The translations under genes and the position numbers were made by a program. The notes under the pieces are model-generated. The model ran no database searches and was not told the origin of the DNA. It saw nothing but the letters and a program-made list of their open reading frames with translations. Of a DNA stretch of 29,899 bases, positions 22,829 through 29,899 are shown one piece after another (position 1 is the stretch's first letter; every line of letters begins with the position of its first letter). Source of the stretch: a virus (lineage: Duplodnaviria; Caudoviricetes); the IMG/VR virus record IMGVR_UViG_3300044723_000499, positions 1 through 29,899 of that record; one strand, given 5' to 3'.

Positions 22829-25582
22829 TTAAGCAGTTGATATTTCATCTGTTTTAGCAAATGAGATTGCATTTCTTAATGCAACGTCAACTTCTTGCAT
22901 AACACTTATCTGAACATCACCAGATTTTGAACCAGAATATGGATCAACTATGATTGATGGTGCGCCGAATAATCCCACCATTAACTGTGAGAAGTCACCA
23001 AATATCATTGCTGATGCATCTGATCCACCATCACCCGGATCTAGGTCTGATGGCACGTTATTTGTGAACTCAGCCTTGTATCCATAAATGGCATTCCAAG
23101 GGTCATTCAATAACATCACACTATCAGTTGTAGCAACTTTTACTGTGTTTGCCATTTTTGCTTTAACCTTTGGATTTGTTAAGAAACCTAATGTCGCTGC
23201 GTTTACAACTCCATTATCTTCCTCAACTAGCTTCACTAGATCAGTAATATCTGCCCAAGTTAGTGCTGCTACATCTGTACCTGCAGATATATCTAAATTG
23301 TTGACGTTTCCATCATTTAGAATACCTGTTGGCTGTCCAGATGAACCAGAACCTTGAATTGCATAATATTCAATCTTATCAGCAATAGATCTTAATAGGT
23401 CATCTTGAACAATCTGCTCGATTGCAGGAACACTTTCTAACATTAACAATCTTGACATAGTTGCGAATGCACCTAATGTTCTAGGCTGTAATGTTACACC
23501 TGCATCTGTTGGACTTTGATCTGAAACATCACCTGCTTCTTCCACAAATCCTGCTGATGCACCAGTTGCAATCTTTGGCATTCTAACTCTATTTGTTAGT
23601 CCACCAAGATAAGTAACACCTAAATTAGCCATTACTTGCTTTGCTCTTAATGCTTCGATGAACAAGTCACCTCTTTGGATTGTTGGAACAAACTGATCTG
23701 TTACATTTTCACCTGCGATTGCACCAGTTGCTGCAGTTGTCATAACTCCAGATCTCCAAGCAAAGTCTGGAACATACATTCCTTGAGACTGCTTACCAGT
23801 TCTCTTTGTTATTTCTTCTGAAAGTTCCCTTTCATAACCTGCATCTTTCCAGTCACCAGTTACTTGCGCTTGTATCATTCGACCTAAAGAATATGTTCTT
23901 TTTTCTTTAGCTGACTGCTCAATCACAGTTACAGGTGTGTCTAGTGGCTTATCGTTTCCAATAACATCTAAAAGCTCACCTCTGAACTCTGAAATGTCAA
24001 TTCCACGACTTAAAGCATCTTCACCAAGATCGGCTTTGTTATGCTTTCTTGCTAAAGTCATTATTTCTTTAGCATTTTTTGATGCTGATTTGGCTGCTTC
24101 TGCCCTTACTGCATCAAGATCGATTTTTTCAGACATATCTTTCTCCTTTATCTGAATGGTTGATTTTAATGTTTCGGAACTAGAACGACCAACACCAACA
24201 AGATTTGACTGATCTGCAGGAATTGACACTATACTAATTTCCATTGGAGTAGTAGCGACACGATAATAATCTTCTGGATCATCTTCACGTTCTACCTTTT
24301 TGTCAACACGATAGCCAACACTAATGTTTTGCCTAATCCCATCAACAACATCATTGAACACTTCAGAAGCCTGTTCACCTTTTCCAAAGCGAACAGATGC
24401 TCTTAATCTTCGAGCATTTTCATCAAGTTCAACTGATTCGACAACTCCGATTTGCTTTTCCATATCGTGATCTAATAATAGTGGCGCACGACCAGAGTTT
24501 AAAAATTCTAGGTTCATATTCTCTTTAGTATGATCCATTACTTCCATTCCAAACTGTCTTTTTACAGGCTCTTCACTTGAAACACCCACCCTTACAATTC
24601 TACTTTCTTCGTCAATAGTCTTATCATCAAGATCCATTGCCCTATAATCTAAAGAAATAGGCTCTTTTCTTTCATCTTCATGTTCCATCTTTTCTTCTTC
24701 TTCGTGACCCATTTTATCTTCAGTCATTTCTTCTGACATTTCTTCAGATGGTTCTTCATGATGCTTTTCAAAAACAACTGTGACTGTATCCTCAGTTTCT
24801 TGAACATCTACAACGTGACGATTTTCCATTTCAGCACCTCTTTCTTTGTCTTTAAGGAATGTAACATAATTTTCACTAATTGTTAAGTTAGCTTCGCTTC
24901 TTTCATCTTCAGTCTTCATTGGATGACCCTCTGGCAATAAATCGGTGTCGTGCTTGCCACTTCTATATTTTCCATTTCTGACTGCAAATAAAAAAGAATT
25001 AACCCTTGCCATCGCCCATTGCTCTTCAGAACTTACTGATGGTCTTACAGATTGTGGATTAGTATTGTATGCTCCAACACCTCTTTTATAAACTTTAGCT
25101 AACATTCCTAAAGTTACTCTTTTAGATTTTGCATTTCCGTGTTCTTCATTATGCTCTTCAACTTTATTCTCTAAAGCAGTTATTGTTTTATCTGGAAATT
25201 CATCTTCTATTGCTCTAGTGGCTTCTTCATCTATCTTATCTAGTTGTCTATCTTTATTTCTTGCCCAACTTTGACCAACATCACCACCCCATAATGCCCA
25301 AGCTATGCGACCTGCTGATGGATATCCGTCTTCACCGGGACTAAATCCCTCACCCTCTTTATCAACTTCATGCCTTGAAAAGTAAGAATGCATTCTCCTA
25401 ACTGTTTCAGCAGATACTTCTTGTCTGTTTACTAGTTGTCTTGCTCTTGCAACACCTACTTCTGTTCCACCTCTGCCAAATTCTTTGCGCCAATCAAGAC
25501 CTTTTTGCGCTTCTTCAGCCATTGCTTCAGTTGGTTTTAGGTCTATATCTTCGCCTTTATACTTCGCCATCATCATCCCCAC
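22829..25582 (-). CDS. Multi-domain head protein: two N-terminal domains, HK97-type prohead protease and HK97-fold major capsid protein
   Basis: Protease motifs PLLLDHD, ISVGY and EISIVSIPAD; capsid motifs (TLQPRTLG, G.GSSGQPTGILN, IFGDFS); 917 aa with no stop. Confidence 0.9.
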   Translation of the reverse strand: MGMMMAKYKGEDIDLKPTEAMAEEAQKGLDWRKEFGRGGTEVGVARARQLVNRQEVSAETVRRMHSYFSRHEVDKEGEGFSPGEDGYPSAGRIAWALWGGDVGQSWARNKDRQLDKIDEEATRAIEDEFPDKTITALENKVEEHNEEHGNAKSKRVTLGMLAKVYKRGVGAYNTNPQSVRPSVSSEEQWAMARVNSFLFAVRNGKYRSGKHDTDLLPEGHPMKTEDERSEANLTISENYVTFLKDKERGAEMENRHVVDVQETEDTVTVVFEKHHEEPSEEMSEEMTEDKMGHEEEEKMEHEDERKEPISLDYRAMDLDDKTIDEESRIVRVGVSSEEPVKRQFGMEVMDHTKENMNLEFLNSGRAPLLLDHDMEKQIGVVESVELDENARRLRASVRFGKGEQASEVFNDVVDGIRQNISVGYRVDKKVEREDDPEDYYRVATTPMEISIVSIPADQSNLVGVGRSSSETLKSTIQIKEKDMSEKIDLDAVRAEAAKSASKNAKEIMTLARKHNKADLGEDALSRGIDISEFRGELLDVIGNDKPLDTPVTVIEQSAKEKRTYSLGRMIQAQVTGDWKDAGYERELSEEITKRTGKQSQGMYVPDFAWRSGVMTTAATGAIAGENVTDQFVPTIQRGDLFIEALRAKQVMANLGVTYLGGLTNRVRMPKIATGASAGFVEEAGDVSDQSPTDAGVTLQPRTLGAFATMSRLLMLESVPAIEQIVQDDLLRSIADKIEYYAIQGSGSSGQPTGILNDGNVNNLDISAGTDVAALTWADITDLVKLVEEDNGVVNAATLGFLTNPKVKAKMANTVKVATTDSVMLLNDPWNAIYGYKAEFTNNVPSDLDPGDGGSDASAMIFGDFSQLMVGLFGAPSIIVDPYSGSKSGDVQISVMQEVDVALRNAISFAKTDEISTA
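24858..24886 (-). promoter_or_regulatory. Internal sigma70-like promoter within the capsid ORF
   Basis: TTAACA, 17-nt spacer, TG.TACATT, about 30 nt upstream of in-frame ATG 24829 which has a GAGGT SD. Confidence 0.5.
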
Positions 25583-27041
25583 TAGTTACCTCTGGCTCTG
25601 CCGGGAACTTTTGACCAAATGGTTCAAATGCCATAGATAAATCAAATTGTTTAGCCATTTCTTTATCACGATTAATCTGGCTAAATGTTTCTTCTACATC
25701 ACGACCATAATGAGCAGCAACATCTTGATGCGATAAAATACCATTTTGCAATCCAACAACTGCAGCATTTATTTCTTTTAGTGGGTCAATCCAATTCCAA
25801 CCACGACCCCTAAAAGTAGAATTATCGTAAAATTTATTAAATTTAGCTGATGGTATTGGTATTGTTCCAAAGTCCATCGCACTTGAGAGCCAATCTTTGA
25901 ACACAACTTCGGCAAAATGTTGAACCATAAATTCTTGCAAAGATTTATAACCATCTCTTTCATCTAATGCTCCTTGTCTAATTGAACTATAATTAACAGA
26001 TGATAAATCACTTGATAAGGCTGCATAACTAACATTCAATCCAGATGCTACACCTCTAAGCATAGCACTTTCAAATTCAGCAAATCCAGTATTAGGATGA
26101 TCTGGATCAAACATCTTTATATCATAACCTGCAGGAAGTTGGTGAAATGTTCCCGGCTCAACATCAATCAATGGCATATGATTATCATGCAAATCATCAC
26201 CCATAAAATCATCTGCATTAGGTGTTGTTAACATTCCCATTTTAGATGCACCAATTCTAGCAGCAATTATTTCAGCTTCCCTATAAGCACCTAACATCTT
26301 CAAAGTGCTAATAACAGAAACCATAAATGGCTCACCTCTTGTCATATGTGTTCTTGTTGGCATAAAAACGTGGATCATTTCATCAGCCGGAACTCTTATA
26401 TGCTTTTGTCCCGGTGTTTTGTTGTAATGCCTATCTCCGGGATGACTAGTCAAAATCCAATAAGCAACAGGTTTGTGATATTGATCTAATTCAACACCCA
26501 TTCTAATTTGGTTGCCATTTTGCAGAACTTCATTCTTTTTCTCATCGACCATATCAGCTTCAATTAATTGCAAGCTGAAATTATCTTTATATCTTTTACC
26601 AGATAGCTTTTTAATGAATACTTCACCATCTCTAGCTAATGCTTCAATCGCATATTTTTGGCAATCTAACCAACTCATACGACCATCAACAGTTGGACTA
26701 CCTAATCTTCCCCAACTTTTCCAAGCATTTTCAATAATAGCATTTCCCGGTCTATCTAATGTGCCATCATCATTTCTTGCCTTAACCTGTAAATGAAAAC
26801 CTTTATCACCTACAACATTTGTTTTAATTAAGTTAATATATCTTTTTGCAAATTCATTATCTCTAACTAATTCCCTTGATCTATTCCTTAAAACTTCAAG
26901 ATTATATCTTAATTCGCTATCTGCACTAAAAGAAGATCCAATAAAGTCACCAAATAAGCGACCACCTCTAGCACCACCATAATTTCTTTTCTTCATCTTT
27001 TTTGGATTTTGGTCACGTTTTAAAAAATCAAAAATACCCAT
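25557..27041 (-). CDS. Portal protein, lambda family
   Basis: LRNRSRELVRDN, RDGEVF, NYSSIRQG, WIDPLKE motifs. Confidence 0.95.
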   Translation of the reverse strand: MGIFDFLKRDQNPKKMKKRNYGGARGGRLFGDFIGSSFSADSELRYNLEVLRNRSRELVRDNEFAKRYINLIKTNVVGDKGFHLQVKARNDDGTLDRPGNAIIENAWKSWGRLGSPTVDGRMSWLDCQKYAIEALARDGEVFIKKLSGKRYKDNFSLQLIEADMVDEKKNEVLQNGNQIRMGVELDQYHKPVAYWILTSHPGDRHYNKTPGQKHIRVPADEMIHVFMPTRTHMTRGEPFMVSVISTLKMLGAYREAEIIAARIGASKMGMLTTPNADDFMGDDLHDNHMPLIDVEPGTFHQLPAGYDIKMFDPDHPNTGFAEFESAMLRGVASGLNVSYAALSSDLSSVNYSSIRQGALDERDGYKSLQEFMVQHFAEVVFKDWLSSAMDFGTIPIPSAKFNKFYDNSTFRGRGWNWIDPLKEINAAVVGLQNGILSHQDVAAHYGRDVEETFSQINRDKEMAKQFDLSMAFEPFGQKFPAEPEVTSGDDDGEV

Positions 27042-27626
27042 CTAAAACCTCACCGAAATAGTTGCACCTGTTGGTTTACCTCTTTTAATTAATTCTTTTC
27101 TTTTATGCATCGCTAGTTCTTTTTTATAATAATTTCTCCATTGAACTAATTCATCTGGTGACATTTTAGATAAAGAACGACCATTAATAGAATAAGACAA
27201 TACATCTGCATCTGCTCTACCCTGTAAAACAGTTTCAATTTTATCTAACATTATTTCAGTATGACTTCGTGGATCTGCATTGTTAACATCTAAATCTGGT
27301 TTTATTTCCCATTCACCAGTTGTTATTACAATTCTATTTCCACTAGCTGTTTCTGTAACCTCTAACTGCCAATGATAATTACCCTCAGTAAATGCATCAG
27401 AAGTTGCACTTGTTATAGTAAATAAATAATCACTATTAGAATTTGTTCCATTTATTGTTATCTCATTAGCACCACCCTCTCTAATTCGTGCAACATATGC
27501 CATAGTATGAGTGGTGTTAGGATAATCAGTTGATAAATCTGTTCTTTTCCATTGAACAAAATCACCTATTACAAATTCTTCTGGTTCTTCGGTAGGAGCA
27601 TTATCTGCATCGAAAAGGTTAGCCAC
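27042..27626 (-). CDS. Head completion protein, gpW-like C-terminus with N-terminal extension
   Basis: SYSINGRSLSKM...EL..WR..Y...ISVRF; lies between terL and portal like lambda W; GTG start. Confidence 0.7.
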   Translation of the reverse strand: MANLFDADNAPTEEPEEFVIGDFVQWKRTDLSTDYPNTTHTMAYVARIREGGANEITINGTNSNSDYLFTITSATSDAFTEGNYHWQLEVTETASGNRIVITTGEWEIKPDLDVNNADPRSHTEIMLDKIETVLQGRADADVLSYSINGRSLSKMSPDELVQWRNYYKKELAMHKRKELIKRGKPTGATISVRF

Positions 27627-27699
27627 AATAAATCCCTTTTACAAATTTTTTATTTTGTCAAGTTACTATAACCCAAAATGCACTTTTTTGCCATAGCTA

Positions 27700-29562
27700 T
27701 TATCTCCAACCATTTACAAAGCTATTTCCCCTAAAACGATTAGGTCTAATAGGTCTTTTAGTTGGTTCTTCTGTTTTATTTATCTTTTCATTTTGTATTC
27801 TATCAGAAATTACATTTAAATTTAAGTTCAAAATTGATAATGCACCAATCGCATAAACTCTACAGTCTAATGCTTCATTTCTAGTTCTGGTTTTAACAAA
27901 TTCTCTTCTTGGAAAACCTTTATGAAATTTTGTTACAATCTTTTCACTAGATGCTAATTGTTTGAAATATTCATCTGGTCTATCATCTGGAAAGTGGCAA
28001 TAACCTGCACCAACTTCAGATATTTTCAATCTTGAGAAAATAAGTTCCTTGATACTATCAACACCTAAAGTAAATAATCTAATTTTACCAATATTGTTTC
28101 TAGTAGGTCTTGACACAATAGGTCTACTTTCTCCACCCATACCTTTTATGGCAAATACTCTTCTGCCCTCTCTAGGTCTAACAAAGTTATAAACTGCTTG
28201 TGTATAGTGTCCACCACTATCAATACAAGCTGATCTAATTTGTAATTGTCTACCATCTTCAGTTTCATAAATATTTTTTAAAATATTTTCTAGATCATTC
28301 CATAAATGAGGTGTTGATGGATCACCATATAGAGTTCTGTAATCAATACTCCAACTTTCTTCATCCTTACCCCAACCAACAACCTCTAACTCTAGTCGAT
28401 CATCTTGTACGTCAACACCACAAGTTAAAAGCATAATATTGCTATCTAATTTATCACCAAAAGGTTCGGCACGTTCTGCAACTGCATAATCATCAACACG
28501 TTCACCTTGATCTTCCCACGTTTCAGCTAGATAAACATTTGTCCATACTCTTAATGTTTCTGGCATCTTTTTGGCACTAAGAAAATCTCTAACAGCATCT
28601 GCTAATGGTGTCCAACTAGAATAAATCCCACTAATGTGGAAACCTGCAACACCTTTAAATTCATCTGTAGCTTTCCACTTTCCTAATCTAACTGCTCTAT
28701 ATCTTTTCGGATCATCCCAAGCTGATCCACATTCTTCACAAACATAACAAGCAGTTTCTGGCTTGTCTTTTTCCCATTGCACATTTGACCATTTCAGTTT
28801 TTGTTCGTGATGACAATCTGGACAAGGCACATAATAAAATCTCTTGTCACTTTCCTCAAAAGCATTTTCAATTCTTGATGCACCTTTGTTAGTTGGTGTT
28901 GACACCATAACGATTTTTCTATTCCAAAAAGTAGCACTTCTTTTTCTAGCTAATTGAACTGGGTCACCCTCTGAACCGGCTGATGCAGGATATCTATCCA
29001 CCTCATCACATAACACAATTCTAATTGGTCTTGATGCTAATCCAGATGGTGAATTAGAACCCACTAATGAAACGTGTCCACCGGGAAAGACTTTGTGTGT
29101 AGTTGTATTATTAGCATCCCTTGCTCTAGGGTCTTTTACTTTCCCTTTAAGATTAGGTGTATCTCTTAACATAGGTGCTAATCTATCTTTTGAAAATGAT
29201 TGTGCCATTTCTAAAGTTGGTTGCACAACTAACATCGGAGCAGGGTCTTGACCAACATGAAAACCTATAACATTAAGAAGCATTTCAGTCTTGCCAACTT
29301 GCGCACCTGCCATAACAACACAATCCCTAATAAGTGGATCAGAGATAGCATCCATTATACCTTTTTGATAGTTTGCCCTTGACGTATACCACCTACCGGG
29401 TTCAGCACTAGCTTCTGAACTTAGCCGTCTTTCTTGGTCTGCCCATTCTGCTACTGTTAGTTTTGGTGGCGGCTTTAAAACTGACATCGCTGACTTTATC
29501 GTTTGCCTTAGTGCTTGCTTTGCTTCCGTCTGGCTTATTGGGTTCATATGTTGATAATTCAT
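27700..29562 (-). CDS. terL: Terminase large subunit (lambda GpA family)
   Basis: GAQVGKTE Walker A, VLCDEVDRY Walker B, STPT, CPDC...CEEC, GVDVQDDR, RNEALDC. Start may be 29547. Confidence 0.97.
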   Translation of the reverse strand: MNYQHMNPISQTEAKQALRQTIKSAMSVLKPPPKLTVAEWADQERRLSSEASAEPGRWYTSRANYQKGIMDAISDPLIRDCVVMAGAQVGKTEMLLNVIGFHVGQDPAPMLVVQPTLEMAQSFSKDRLAPMLRDTPNLKGKVKDPRARDANNTTTHKVFPGGHVSLVGSNSPSGLASRPIRIVLCDEVDRYPASAGSEGDPVQLARKRSATFWNRKIVMVSTPTNKGASRIENAFEESDKRFYYVPCPDCHHEQKLKWSNVQWEKDKPETACYVCEECGSAWDDPKRYRAVRLGKWKATDEFKGVAGFHISGIYSSWTPLADAVRDFLSAKKMPETLRVWTNVYLAETWEDQGERVDDYAVAERAEPFGDKLDSNIMLLTCGVDVQDDRLELEVVGWGKDEESWSIDYRTLYGDPSTPHLWNDLENILKNIYETEDGRQLQIRSACIDSGGHYTQAVYNFVRPREGRRVFAIKGMGGESRPIVSRPTRNNIGKIRLFTLGVDSIKELIFSRLKISEVGAGYCHFPDDRPDEYFKQLASSEKIVTKFHKGFPRREFVKTRTRNEALDCRVYAIGALSILNLNLNVISDRIQNEKINKTEEPTKRPIRPNRFRGNSFVNGWR

Positions 29563-29863
29563 CTAATGCTTCATGTATCTGTTTTTCAATTATATGTTGA
29601 ATAGCACCAATATCTGTTTCATTGGCAACTAGTGGAGCAGTTACAGTTGGCAATGATAACATCTTTGCCCTCATAGCTGCTAAAACTTCTACCCACGAAT
29701 TAAAAACATCGCTTGCAGAAAGTAATTCTTTTTTAGCTTGTAGCAATTCCAATTCAGCAAGGTCTGCATCTGCTTCCATTTTCCTTGCTCTAGCTGCATT
29801 ATAGTCTGGATCAGCTATCATTGGTCTGCCCATTTTTTTTGTATTATTTACTTGCATTTCCAT
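29408..29863 (-). CDS. terS: Terminase small subunit (Nu1-like)
   Basis: DYNAARARKMEADADLAELEL...RAKMLSLP...IHEALDEL; directly upstream of and overlapping terL. Confidence 0.85.
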   Translation of the reverse strand: MEMQVNNTKKMGRPMIADPDYNAARARKMEADADLAELELLQAKKELLSASDVFNSWVEVLAAMRAKMLSLPTVTAPLVANETDIGAIQHIIEKQIHEALDELSTYEPNKPDGSKASTKANDKVSDVSFKAATKTNSSRMGRPRKTAKFRS

Positions 29864-29899
29864 TTTGTTAACTTTTTTCTAAAAGTCTGTGGCTAGAGA

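Noticed and set aside
25778-25963. 61-aa same-strand alternative-frame ORF inside the portal with a hydrophobic C-terminus
   Set aside because: Short, with no clear SD or functional motif, unlike the nested MTase ORF; likely chance.
27627-27699. TTGACA and TATAGT in the terL-gpW intergenic gap as a promoter
   Set aside because: The two hexamers are in the wrong order to pair, and neither has a convincing partner at proper spacing.
9352-29863. Gene transfer agent interpretation (GTA-type holin, short tail)
   Set aside because: The window has its own replication and recombination modules and lambda-type cos packaging genes, and no host genes.

Overview
The window looks like an essentially complete (~30 kb, roughly one-third GC by eye) lambda-type siphovirus genome, given in reverse orientation and apparently opened near its cos site. 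From right to left on the minus strand it carries terS, a GpA-type terL, a gpW-like gene, a lambda-type portal, a 917-aa multi-domain protease/major-capsid ORF, head-tail and tail genes with a G/G-T frameshift, a short tape measure, tail-tip proteins, an S74-chaperone tail fibre and a lysis region (M15 endolysin, holins). A plus-strand recombination operon (PD-(D/E)XK exonuclease, ERF, SSB) follows. A divergent minus-strand operon then encodes a Cro-like HTH, a resolvase, two C5 DNA methyltransferases, a replication initiator with internal iterons, a lipoprotein, a gpZ-like protein and an HNH nuclease. I found no integrase, CI-type repressor, tRNA or CRISPR array. The most notable points are four. 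(1) One C5 MTase appears split, with its missing motif IX in a fully nested alternative-frame gene that has its own strong SD. (2) The other C5 MTase is fused to the stump of an amino-MTase and carries an HTH-like insert. (3) By manual scan CCWGG and GGCC are absent and GANTC is nearly absent, with the few GANTC sites clustered in the tail fibre. (4) The capsid ORF has nested in-frame starts and an internal promoter-like sequence. Family assignments come from motif recognition only; no searches were run.
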